Shown: positions 1 to 11,335 of the stretch, piece by piece
Numbering within the stretch: position 1 is the first letter of the stretch
Layout of the letters: each line of letters opens with the position of its first letter
From: Octopus vulgaris
Lineage: Eukaryota
Direction of reading: 5' to 3'
Length of the DNA: 64,000 nucleotides
NCBI GenBank assembly: GCA_951406725.2
Contig: OX597814.1
Span: 23,622,001 to 23,686,000 of the forward strand
The notes under the pieces: generated by a model
Told to the model about the DNA's origin: nothing
What the model saw: only the letters and a program-made list of their open reading frames with translations
The model's database searches: none
Position numbers and translations under genes: made by a program

Positions 1-99
1 AATATATTACATTTAACAGTGTAATCTGAATACTAAAGGATTAACATTCCAGGCCAAAGTAAGGAACTATGTTTCATCTGTTAGATTAGTGGAATTCTC

Positions 100-150
100 T
101 CAAGCAGTCATCGCATGACAATGAAACCATACCCAGACGTTTCCACATTT
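100..150 (-). CDS. Candidate exon D (either an 18-nt micro-exon 133-150 ending at GG|GTATGG, or a terminal exon reading to TGA at 102-100)
   Basis: Minus-strand acceptor ttttctaattgctgttttgtcttcag| with a CTAAT branch-like motif; 98-nt intron from exon C. Confidence 0.4.
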   Translation of the reverse strand, partial: KCGNVWVWFHCHAMTA

Positions 151-200
151 CTGAAGACAAAACAGCAATTAGAAAACTTAGGCACTTAACAATACACTGA

Positions 201-231
<31 letters not shown>

Positions 232-248
232 CACGCACACACACATAC

Positions 249-308
249 ACAGCAACAACAGAATAAGTAGAATGAAAAATCAACCCAAACATCAATGGAA
301 GCGACCAT
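249..308 (-). CDS. Candidate 60-nt exon C (hydrophobic: WSLPLMFGLIFHSTYSVVAV in one frame)
   Basis: Acceptor ttatttatttgcatcttag|, donor |GTATGT at 248; open in two frames. Confidence 0.45.
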
Positions 309-461
309 CTAAGATGCAAATAAATAAGAATCCCAGAGAAATTCTTTCTGTAACGGCAAACCCAAGTAAAAAATATTCTAAAATAATCCAGTTTATTCAA
401 CTGCTATGACAGTATTGATGAAAACCAGATCTGACATTAACAGAGTCACAACACATCTTAC

Positions 462-521
462 TTCATCATGAAAGTAGAGGAGAGGCCTATCTTCCTTTTT
501 GTGAAACTGAAAAAGAGGTGC
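462..521 (-). CDS. Candidate 60-nt exon B (APLFQFHKKEDRPLLYFHDE in phase 0, or carries ATG ATG at 469-464)
   Basis: Strong acceptor gttttcttttccatttag| and donor GAA|GTAAGA. Confidence 0.55.
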
Positions 522-573
522 CTAAATGGAAAAGAAAACAGTACACTATTTTGTCCCCTTGTTATCCCAGGCC

Positions 574-919
574 TGAAGGTGCATGGCTCAGTGGTTAGAG
601 TGTCACTCTTACGATCATGAGGTTGTGAGTTCGAATCCCGGACTGGGCTGTGTGTTGTGTTCTTGAGCAAGACACTTTATTTCACGTTGTTCTAGTTCAT
701 TCTGTTGTAAAAATGAGTTGCAACATCACTGATGCAAAGCTGTATTGGCCTTCGCTTTTCCCTTGGATAACATCGGTGACATGGAGAGGAGAGACTGGTA
801 TTTCATGGGTGACTGCTGGTCTTCCATAAACAACCTTGCCTGAACTTGTGCCTAAGAGGGTAGCTTTCTAGGTGCAATCCCATGGTCATTCATGACCAAG
901 GGGGGTCTCCAACTCAAAC
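574..919 (+). mobile_element. tRNA-derived SINE (family C)
   Basis: A box TGGCTCAGTGG, B box GTTCGAATCCC, central TTGAGCAAGACACTTT box; 11-bp TSD tatcccaggcc/tatcccgggcc (563-573, 920-930); second copy at 27868-28211. Confidence 0.9.
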
Positions 920-1137
920 TATCCCGGGCCACACACATACACTACTTCCCAATCCTTCTGAGAACATCATCTCTCCAGAATACCTTTTATCTCCATATTT
1001 TTCCTTCTGCTGTTAAGGAGGAACATCAGCAGTATCAATCTCTAGGAAAGAATCTGAAGGACGTGATCTCAGTCTTTATTTCCAGAACAAACTATTAAGA
1101 AACAGAAAATCCCAATACACAGATCCTAGCAAAGATA

Positions 1138-1338
1138 TGAGGGGGTGCTGAAAAGTCCCTGACTCTGGGTAAAAGAAAATACAGGGATATCAGTTAATTA
1201 TGATTTTATTCAACATGTTCCCCTCTCAGATTCACACATTTATTGCAGCAGGCCTTCAGTTTTTCTAAGCACAGTAAAAGAACTCAGAAGGTTGGGCCTT
1301 GATACCCTTAAAGCCAGGGACTTTCAGCTACCCCCTCG
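1138..1338 (+). mobile_element. Tc1/mariner-type MITE
   Basis: TIRs tgagggggtgctgaaaagtccctg / cagggactttcagctaccccctcg flanked by TA; related copies at 21733 and 55167. Confidence 0.85.
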
Positions 1339-2832
1339 TATATGAGATTAGACACTTTAAAAAACTTGGGTGATTCTCTCAGAAATGAGAATTTGAAAAA
1401 TATTCTGTTGGAATACCAACAAAAAAACAGTGCTGGAATACACAACATCATCAAGAAAATGTACTTTAAATCACCAAAGGAAAAACATGAAGACACCCAA
1501 AAGTAATTTCATATCTTCATTATAAATATCAGTTTTTAATGTCTGTCTTCCATACTGGCATTGCCTGGATGGTTTGTCAGATCCAGTAGGATTGCACCAT
1601 GCATCATGCTTCATATTTTAAACACCCATTTCCTTTATTCAATTTTGCTAGACTTACTCCTGTAGTACCAATCCACAACAATACCATTGTTATTTTGAGA
1701 CCGTATTCTCCTATACCTTACAGCAGTAGCTGAAGGAAAATCAGATCCATCTGTTATTTTTGCATGGTTATATCACATATTTCTCTACTTTTTTTATGTA
1801 TTCTTGGGCGTTCTTTGTGTTATTTCTCAAATCATCCAAACAAGGGGAATCCAGTTCCATGAAATTCTACTTAAAATTCAGTAGACTAGTCCAAATTATG
1901 TGTTTGGACTATTCTACTATGACAAAAAGGGTATTCTGCATCGTGTCCTCTATTTTACAAGGCTATGCATAATTGGAAGAAGTATCAGTGCTTCAGTCAA
2001 GCTCAGTACCTAACTCATGCTACAAATTTCATCAGCACACAGGTTAAATGGCAACATCAAGAGAGCAGAATTTGAACAAAGTATCTAAAGACATGCAACA
2101 ATTTTGTCAACACGTACGGCCTAAATTAGTAATGATAAATTCTGTATTCTGAAGCTAAGGAAGAAAAAACAAAAAGTTTACAAAATGAAGCAAGCATACA
2201 CACACGAGTACATACACACACACACACACACACACACGTCTAAGAAACATTAATAAAAAAAGACATTATAGCTATAGAGAATTTAAGATTATTTGTGCAT
2301 TTGTGAGTCAAAATGGATAACTAACAATATGAAATAAAATTTTGAAACATAATTCTCAAAGGTACCGAGTGGTCAATTGAGCCATTATTCCAATTTGTCA
2401 ACCCTGTAAAGTTTGATTGAAATATTTTTTGAAATATTCAATTGACCACCTTCTTAGAAATTTGAGATAACATTTGATGATCATAAAGGACCCCTGGAAA
2501 GCATCAGCAAAATTGTGTAATATTTTTAACATTATATTTCAGATTCAAAATAAAAATATAAATCAAATAAAAAATTTATTTCATTTTATTCTATTGTCTC
2601 TTCAAAATGATTGAATATTCTTAGTAGAAGAAATTCATAAAAGAATTATAGGATCTTGCCAAATTGATTTCTTAATAAGAATGTATTCAATGAAAAATGT
2701 AAGAGAGACAGTAGCCACTTGAGAACGTTTAGTAATTTATTTTTTCCATCATTCCTCAGAGAGTAGCTTTATAATATACATTGTTGCTATATGGTTCTTA
2801 TTAATGCTATTTCTTTTTGTGTATATATTTAC

Positions 2833-3002
2833 CTGAAACAAAGTAGCTTCTTTATACCAATTTTTATATGCTGGCGCCATTATCTCAGCCAAATACAGTT
2901 ACAGTTTTCTTTACAAAGATCACTGGAGAATATTTTAGGATGATTCATGTACATTATCGACTTAGTGCTTCCCTTTAAGCCTGCCATTCAATTTACATTT
3001 CC
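2833..3002 (-). other. Candidate exon A (5' part closed in all frames; ATG at 2880 gives MAPAYKNWYKEATLFQ up to the donor)
   Basis: Acceptor tatttttcattatcaatttcatctttag|, donor CAG|GTAAAT; ATG context gagataATGG. Confidence 0.5.
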
Positions 3003-3456
3003 CTAAAGATGAAATTGATAATGAAAAATATCATTCTACCAAAGACATTGTAGGTCATGTTTAAATATCTACAGTTCTTTACTTTTAGGAAACCTATTTT
3101 TTTTAAAGTATAACATTTAGAAAATATCAAGAGAGTATTTTTTTTGTAACAAAAATGAAACATCTATATTAATTCTAAAATTTAGTTAAGTTGTCCATTT
3201 TAATAGTAATAAATAATGTCATGTCTTCTGAAAACAATAAATGAATAGACTTGCTATGAAAGATAATAATTTAACCCTTGTTTTTTTTTAAATTTTCATA
3301 TTATGAATAAATTATCTTTTATTATTGTGTAATTACTGCATCACTTGCTCTTTATTCTAAAACAAAACAAATGTACTATGAGTGACCAGATATTAAAAAA
3401 GATGAGTAGAAAGCAAATACAAAGATGCAAATTATTATTATCATTATCACCAGCTA

Positions 3457-3660
3457 TTAAGCTGGCACAGTTTGTAGAACGTTTGACAAAATACCATGTA
3501 TTGCTTCCTCCAAAGCATTACATACTGGGTTCAAATCTTGCCAATTTCAGTTTTGGCTCTCATTCCTCCAGAGTTGATAAGATGAAATAAAATACTGTGG
3601 TTGATGGTAACAATTTATCTTCTTCCCTCAAATTACTGGCCTTGTGCCTAAATCAGAAAC
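3457..3660 (+). mobile_element. Degenerate SINE (family B)
   Basis: aagctggcacag...gggttcaaatct...aaattactggccttgtgcctaaat, matching the better copy at 26469. Confidence 0.65.
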
Positions 3661-3773
3661 CGTTATTATCATCATTAATATTATTATTATTATTGTTATT
3701 ATTATTATTAGGATTGAGGTAACTCCTCCAGAAGATATAGAAGCAAAAAAGAAGAGTGCCATTGTTATCAAGT

Positions 3774-3814
3774 TAAACGATATTTCGACCTCTTGTGTGT
3801 CTTCCACAAGTTCA
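3774..3814 (-). ncRNA. Minimal hammerhead-like motif, variant core (UUGUGGA)
   Basis: tgaac-TTGTGGA-A-GAC(acacaagag)GTC-GAAA-TA-TC-gttta. Confidence 0.5.
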
Positions 3815-4004
3815 AAAAATAAACTTGTCAATCTACTTCATTTTTGGTAATATTTGTGAGATTGAGACACATGAGATGTCGAAATATCATTCACTTGATA
3901 ACAATGACACTCTTCTTCTTTTTTTTGCTTCTATATCTTCTGAAGGAGTTACCTCAATCCTATAAATATTGCCAAAAATGAAGTAGATCGACAAGTTTAT
4001 TCTT

Positions 4005-4045
4005 TGAACCTGTGGAAGACACATGAGCTGTCAAAATATCATTCA
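4005..4045 (+). ncRNA. Minimal hammerhead-like motif, CUGUGGA core, G12>A decayed
   Basis: tgaac-CTGTGGA-A-GACA(catgagc)TGTC-AAAA-TA-TC-attca; the sister partial copy at 3865-3893 retains GAAA. Confidence 0.5.
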
Positions 4046-4109
4046 CTTGATAACAATGGCACTCTTCTTGTTTTGCTTCTATTACTATTGTTGTTGTTGT
4101 TGTTATTCC

Positions 4110-5970
4110 TTTTTGCACAGTGATATGTTTGTTAACACTGGATCATTTAAATGGCTCCTTTTGCTGCTCCCTAAAGTGTTGTCTTTTACAATGTCATAAT
4201 GCCAGAACAGATTCCAGTTATGTTAAGGTGTTTCTAAAAGTTTTTTCCTCACTTACCCAAGTCCTCCAGTTGTAATTGGTACCATTCTTGCTTTCATATT
4301 CCACATTGTCTCAGCCTTTACTCTCAAGTCTGCATATTTTATGATTTTCTTATTTTCTTTACCATTGATGTAATGATTTGGACAAACTACATCAATCAAC
4401 AAACGCCTTCTTACAGAATCTTTCTTCACCAAAGTTATGTCTGGCCTTGTATGTTCAAGAATTTATCTGTCTGGATTGTAAAGTCCCGCAAGAGCTTCTA
4501 ATTTTTCTAAGATCTTCTCTGATTTGTGCTGATATTATTTCTCAGTGGCTGGAAACTCATATGTATTGTATAAAAACTTGTAGAGGTGTAAGAACACGTT
4601 ATCATGACACCTTTACATTCTCTTTGAGCAAGCATGTCACAGGCACTCTTGATGTGTATCACAATTTCCACCATCTTCCCACATAACTTTCATTTATTTG
4701 TTTCACCTAGGTTATACATATTCCTTATTGAGTTTGTATTTAGTGCTTGATCCCTAGCAGTCACCAACAAATGTTCTGTCTCTCTGTTAAGATCATCTTT
4801 TGTCAACCTCTCTGTTTCTTCACTTCAAATTGACAGTGTAATTCCATACCCTCCCTCATGCTCAGTTTTCCTGCTAGCAGCCTCTATTCATATTTTTTTT
4901 ACTTTCAATAGTTTCAGTGTAGGATCTCTGCTTTTGGCAACATACCTTAAAAGTGCTCTACTTTGGCTAAATACAATTCTAAAGACCTGCATTCACAAGC
5001 CACAAAAATTTTCACACTTTAGGAGCAATGCATCACTGTCAACCATTGTCTTTCGTGTTAACCTGTCCAGTGTCTCTATTTCGTCTTTGGTCCATTTCAG
5101 AATACCTACGCTATATCTAATAACTGAATAGCCCAGACTTTGAAAACAGTAATCAAAATCTTCCCATTCACTTTCATTTTTAGTAGCAGTTCTAACCTGT
5201 TTAGATAAACTTCTTTCACATTTCCTTTCATCTGCTCATTTAGACCTTTTCCCAGCTTTTTGTACCCACTATTCCAAGGGTCACTAACTGACTCTCCGTC
5301 AGACAAATTAACCCCACTACTACATACAAACTTACCTCTCTCCATAGTCAAGTTGGCACACTTTACAATATCAAACTCCATCCCAATATCTTTACAGCAT
5401 CAGTTAACAGTTCTGACCGTTGAATTAACCCTATGATTCATTCTTGTCAAAAAGCTTGAGATCACCCATGAAGAGCAGATGACTGATCTTAGGTTCTCTG
5501 TTTTCTATCTGATAGCTAATATCTGTCTTCCATAAGATCATTGATAATGTAACCATGACCATCACAAAGAGCAATGGTAAGAATAAATCTCTTTGGAATA
5601 TTCCTTCTCATACAAGTATACTGACCACATTTAAGTGTTTATTACCTGCATACTTGTTTCTCTTTTACAAAGGCATGCTAGGCTACATTGCTTTAATAAC
5701 ACAGTCTGCTATTCCAGACAATCTTGGGATCATGTCAAAGGCTTTCTTAAAGGATATCTAAGCAGTGCATAAATTATTTAGACATCTTTTGCAATCATTC
5801 ATGATCACCTTGTCAGTAGCAAGATGATCCTTATTTCCCTAAGAATTTTCACAACATACCTTCTGCTGGTCAGGTAGCAATCTCATTCTGAAGCAAGTGA
5901 TCATACACTTGCAGCAAAAATACCTTCAACAACTTCCATAGCAAACATAAGCATGCATTTAGCCTCTGTC
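4110..5970 (-). mobile_element. Decayed R4/Dong-like non-LTR retrotransposon (RT + zinc knuckle + restriction-like endonuclease)
   Basis: Minus-strand fragments KKAFDMIP, GIFQRDLFLPLLF, KISHLLFMGDLKLF, DIGMEFDIVKCA, ETEHLLVTARDQAL, HIKSACDMLAQ, DFTIQTD..RPDI, KIIKYADL...MW...VPITTGGLG; many stops and frameshifts; 3' end abuts (AAC/AAT)n. Confidence 0.85.
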
Positions 5971-6367
5971 GAGGATCATATTTTTCATCCTTTCAGGGTC
6001 AGTGAGATAAGTACAGGGCAGTGGTATTTGATAAAATAAAATACCAGTTAAATATTGGAGATCTATGTAATTGACTGACACTCTTCTCTGAAAAATTGCT
6101 AGCCTTTTGATCTATATTAGAAATAATGATAATAATTATTATTATTTCCAAAAAGGGTGATAGATTGACAGAATCTTTAAAGCATCAGACAAAATAGGAT
6201 GTGGTATTTCTTTCATCTCTTTACAATCAAAAATGAAATTCTGCAGTGGGTAATTTTGTGTTCATTTTTTTGGAGTCAAATATAGGGTTGACATAATTGA
6301 CTAGCTTGCATCCCATCAATTTGCTAGCTGTGTACCTAAATTAGAATCTATTATGATTATTATTATT

Positions 6368-6585
6368 AGGTGGGTGGATGGGCAGAGTCATTAGAGAACC
6401 AGAAAGATTATCTTGCAGCATTTGTTTATTCTGGCCCTTTTGTTTCTGAGTTCAAGTCCCACTCGGGTCAACTTTACCTTTAATCCTTAGAGGATCAATA
6501 AAATATCAGTCAAGTACTATGCTCACTATGATTGACTAGTAACCACTCTAAAAATTTCTGACATTATGCTTAAATTTGAAACATT
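6368..6585 (+). mobile_element. Degenerate SINE (family B); further decayed pieces at about 5960-6350
   Basis: ggcagagtcattag...ttctgagttcaagtcc...tcaactttacctttaatcc... Confidence 0.55.
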
Positions 6586-8074
6586 ATTATTTTTGTTTGA
6601 AGGTGAATGGATATGTCAGCATGCAATCTTTAATAAAGATGTAGACTTACTACATTTGTTTGTTTCATATTATTTTGCTAATTCTGGGATTCTGGGAAAA
6701 TAAGGTTTGTTCTTGGATATTTTATATTATAAATTTTGTAAACAGTTGTTTTTAGTTATTCAAGATGACTTTAGTTATTTTAGTTATTCAAGAGTGCTCA
6801 TCACAGCCTTGGCGATTTCCTTTTCCAAAATATTAACACAAAATCTATAAGAGATAAACAGTTATTTTCTTTCTTTTTCTGTTTAACAACACCAGTAAGT
6901 CCCAGACACTACTGTTTCCAGATGGACATCAAATTGTCAGAATATGGCAGATTGCTCAAAGAGGTCTTAATGCTGGAAGACCTATGGTCAGGTAATATTA
7001 AAATGAGCTTGAAAGTTTTAAAGACCTCAGAGTCATACAAGATCTGTGCAAGTAGGAAGCACAGAGACCATGGGTAAGTGGTTAATGTTATAGAGTAGAA
7101 TGTTTAGTTGTTATGTTTGACTGAGTATGACACACTTTACAGCTGGATGCCTATCAGAATTGGGAGGATTAATTAAAAGCAAGGAAAATGAAAATGAGGA
7201 AAACTGAAAGCAACAAGAACAATTTCTAGTTTCCAGTACACCAACAGATTTAGGTCCAATATAACAAGAGCAAACCCCTCAACCCCTAGCACTTCTAGTT
7301 CAACACCTTCAGCATGAAATGATGAAGAAATAATTACAGAAGTAAATTTAAAGGGAACAGAGAGAAAGAAAATCTCGAAACAGGTCCCAACTCAAAACAA
7401 CAACAAGACTTGAAGAGAAATGTTTTCTTCTAAATAAAAACAAAATCCCTCCTTATCAAAACAATGAAGATGGATTAAGATTTATCATGATTTGAACAGT
7501 TAATAGACAAAATTATATATCTCTGATGCCATGGCCTCTCCTCTAATTTAAAATGACACTAACGACATTTGACATGAGAATAAAGGTTGAGAGAATGTGG
7601 AATATAAAACTGCTTGTAAAATTAAAACTAATATATTATTTTGAGATTAATAAAGGAATACTTTGAAGATATTAGTATCTTCCAACATCAAATACCTAAA
7701 AATGTACTTGCTAGTGTCTTGGGTTGCAACTGAATACAAGAAATGATTAAGTGAGTGGGGGAACGGAGTACCCACTTCAACCAAAGTAGGAAATCTTTCT
7801 CTGCATTCAGATGGAAAATACTTCATTTCACTTTGCTCCGGTCCATTCAGTTGTAAGTGGGTAACATTGTGATGGATTGGCAGATAAGGATAAGAAGGCA
7901 ATCAGGAAAATCACCCAAATGAAGGTCTTGCAATCCATGTTTTATATTCAACGATCGAAAAGATGAATCGTTCCACCTGTACTGTGAATTTCGACTAGTT
8001 ATGGCTGGTTGTTTTAACCACATTGAAGGATGAATGAATAAGTCAATAGCATACACGCATAGATATATACAAAC

Positions 8075-8136
<62 letters not shown>

Positions 8137-8147
8137 ATATGTATATA

Positions 8148-8380
8148 TTTTTTTTATTGCCCACAAGGGACTAAGCCTAGAGGGGACAAACAAAGACAGA
8201 CAAAGGGATTAAGTTGATTACATTGACCCCAGTGCATAACTGGTACTTAATTTATCAACCTCGAAAAGGATGAAAGACAAAGTCGACCTAGGCGGAATTT
8301 GAACTCAGAACATAATGGCAGACGAAATACCGCTAAGCATTTCGCCCGGCGTGCTAACGTTTCTGCCAGCTTGCCGCCTT
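8148..8380 (-). mobile_element. SINE family B, well preserved
   Basis: aaggcggcaagctggcagaaacgttagcacgccgggcgaaatgc...gttcaaattccgcc...ctttcatcc...aagtaccag...ccttgtgggcaataaa. Confidence 0.9.
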
Positions 8381-9332
8381 ATTATACATATACATATGTA
8401 TATGTGTGTATCTATGTATGTATATATGTATGTATATCTATGCATATGTGTGTGTGTGTGTGTATTTATATATATATATATATGCACTCACACTCACACA
8501 TGTATATATGTTTGTGTAAATGATATCCAGCTAATCTAAAATCTATATAACTAAAAAACGAAGGAAAAAGCTAACCCTGATGTCGAGATGATTACACAGT
8601 TTCCAGTCACTATCAGCTGTAACATATTTTGCAATGCAAAGCAAGAGTTGCTAATTAAACAAGTATACCGTTAATTAACATATATTACTTCAAAGTCAGG
8701 TTATATATTTTTGGTTATTTTAATAAACATTCTTACTTTATGTTTATGCTTCAATGCATTTTGCATTTGAAAAGTAATATCTATCAGCATGTTTCTGCCC
8801 ATTATCCTTTTCTAATTCATTCACCTGTTACTGTGTTAGCTTAAATTTGCTTTGAGTTTGAATTTTTTTTTTCTTTACCAAGCCACTGCCTCTTTCCCTA
8901 AACTCTAATATGTATACATAGAAGCTATTCAACCAATGCTTATATACCGTACTAACCAAATCTTAACTCAAATAAATGTCTGATATGTTTTATTACAATC
9001 TAATTTAGCTTGTTTGAATCCAATTTATTTCTAATTTTATAGGACTCGGTGAACTGTAACAAAAACCACATAGATTTCTTTCTTTCATGTCTCTTTTACC
9101 CTCTATCATATATTCTGCTGCCGCTAGGTGTATGTGTGCATGTGTGTGTACATGCATGTGTCTATCTCTGTGTAAATAAATACATTCACACATATATATG
9201 TATGTATACACACATATGCATGAATATATATATATATTCATATATGTGTTTATATGTATGTATATACATGCATGTTTATATTATGTGTGTGTGTCTAAAA
9301 CTCTCTCACTTTCTTACTCTGCCCCATATATC

Positions 9333-9358
9333 ATTATTATTATTATTATTATTATTAC

Positions 9359-9403
<45 letters not shown>
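9333..9403. repeat. (TTA)n microsatellite
   Basis: Directly visible; explains the poly-L/poly-I ORFs. Confidence 0.95.
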
Positions 9404-9404
<1 letters not shown>

Positions 9405-9677
9405 TCAGTATTTCGACATACAACTCAATGAATCATTTCAACCAGATTGGGCTTTTCATTTTCCAAATGAGAATACCTAGAATATACATATGTATAGCTA
9501 CTATTTACAAATATATATATAGATACATACAAACGCATACACACACATTTATATGTATATGAGGAAAGAATGCACATGTATTCATAAAAACCTATGCATT
9601 TTAACTGATCAAGTTCTTAAATAAATGTATTAGTTAAGCTAGGATGTAAAGTAACTACATTTTGATATATACAGGTA

Positions 9678-9679
<2 letters not shown>

Positions 9680-9768
<89 letters not shown>
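9680..9768. repeat. (ATT)n microsatellite
   Basis: Directly visible. Confidence 0.95.
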
Positions 9769-9769
<1 letters not shown>

Positions 9770-10406
9770 ACACTTGTCATTGTAAAGACTGCAGCATTAT
9801 GCTTCAGTACACTTATAGGCAGTTACAGACGAAAAGCATTTTCCCCTTTTTCAAGTTACCAGAACTGCTATTCATTTTTCAATTTAAAGGTTGTATAATC
9901 AAAGTCTCTCTCTCTCCTTTTTTTTTCTCCATCTCCCTTTCAGTATATATATGTGTGTGTGTGTGTCTGTGTGTATGCACATCTATATATATATTTGAAT
10001 GGGAGTGTGTATGTGTGTGTTAGTGCATGCGTGTGTGTGTAAGTGTGTGTGTGTGGGTCTGTAAGTGTGTAAGACACAAAGTTATTAGCATCGCAATGTT
10101 TAAGTAAAATATTAAAATATATAAATATATAAACACACATGTTCATAATGAACTAGAATTTTTGGCATCAGAAATGTAGATAATATATTCTGTAATAAAA
10201 TCTAATTCATTAACCTTGTACCATACTCGCTGACTTAGCTAGTAATTATTCAAACAGTGAATACAACCAACACATACTATCTTATGCACACATGCATGCA
10301 CCCACACAGTTCAAATTCAAAATTTAAAATGCTTAATAAAACGTTATTTTCCGTATATACTTAGAGAGGCAGAATTATTTGAGATACATTACTTATCTCA
10401 TATTAA

Positions 10407-10801
10407 ATATATATAAAAGAGAGGTTGTGTGCCGTCTGTCTCCTACGATTTAGATTCCTAACTACTCCCACATTTTGCGGTGCAGTTTAACCAAAACCGG
10501 GTATCTTATAGTCGTGATTCATATCGAGCCCTTCTGGGTATTAGCGCGCATCTTCGATGAGTCTACGATTTAAAAAAAAATTTACCATCAATTTTTCCTA
10601 TTTTTTAATGCATTTTTGGCATATATAAGGAAAGTAAGTCTCTAAAAAATTATTATTAAATCTCAGAACGTAAAAAGCTACAGTAACCCCCTCCCCTTTG
10701 TGGTTAGCCATATTGAGATGGCTATTATACTTTACATCTCTAAAAATGCTTATATAGTTATTTCCCTTACAAACCCGAGCAACGCCGGGTGATACTGCTA
10801 G
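10407..10801 (+). mobile_element. Non-autonomous Helitron-like element
   Basis: 3' GC hairpin cccgagcaacgccggg (10774-10789) followed by CTAG|T; (TA)n-AAAA 5' region; inverted copy at 44968-45366. Confidence 0.8.
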
Positions 10802-11149
10802 TTAAATATGACATTATTTATCTCATATTAAAACATGGAAGCAACAGGCTTAAAGGGGTGGTAGGTTGATTGTTTCCCAACAAGGGTATCTGTACAAAAT
10901 CACTTGACTTGCAAGGAACAATATCCAAATCTCCCTGTATTCCCATTCATTTGTTTCGAAAACAGAACACGTTGAACAATATTAAACAAAATAATTGGAT
11001 GATCATGTCTGGAATATCTTTTTCCTCATGTCTCTTCTATAAAGCTGGCCTGATTTGAACTAAAAAACATTTGTCTTTCTTCTTACTAACAACAAAAGAG
11101 AACTTGAAATTCAGTAAACCATTAAATGCAAGCCAAAATTAGGAGCATC

Positions 11150-11335
11150 AATGTGGTGATTCAGTCTACTAGAAATAGTAGTCCCATTTTTTCAAGTCAG
11201 ACCAAGTTGTCATTATGAATGAAAAAAATAATATTAGCCAATATTCTTTTATATTCCTGGAAAAAAGAACATGCTGGAATGCCTTTGATTACAGGTCTGT
11301 TCAGTCAGAGCTGACCTGAGCTAAACAATGACAAC
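11150..11335 (+). repeat. Old dispersed repeat family (ctagaaatagcagccaaat...gcctttgatcataggtctg); related pieces at about 27620, 41985, 55715 and 63445(-)
   Basis: Recurrent degenerate motifs; class not determined. Confidence 0.5.

Larger units (their letters stand above)
3709..4082. repeat. About 152-bp repeat unit: one copy (3709-3857) inverted against about 1.4 tandem copies (3865-4082), carrying hammerhead-like motifs
   Basis: 3865-3962 and 3963-4016 are reverse complements of 3709-3801 and 3802-3857; agacacatgag recurs at 3865 and 4017 (period 152). Confidence 0.9.

Noticed and set aside
462-521. Resemblance of DRPLLYFHDE to acyl-CoA synthetase N-terminal motifs
   Set aside because: Too short, and the adjacent exons do not continue the similarity
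575-650. tRNA-like sequence (also at 33469, 60226 and 28135)
   Set aside because: SINE heads: they continue into SINE bodies with TSDs and lack a clean cloverleaf
7190-8030. Purine-rich, coding-looking stretch, possibly a decayed LINE ORF1
   Set aside because: Stops in all frames and no motif I can name with confidence
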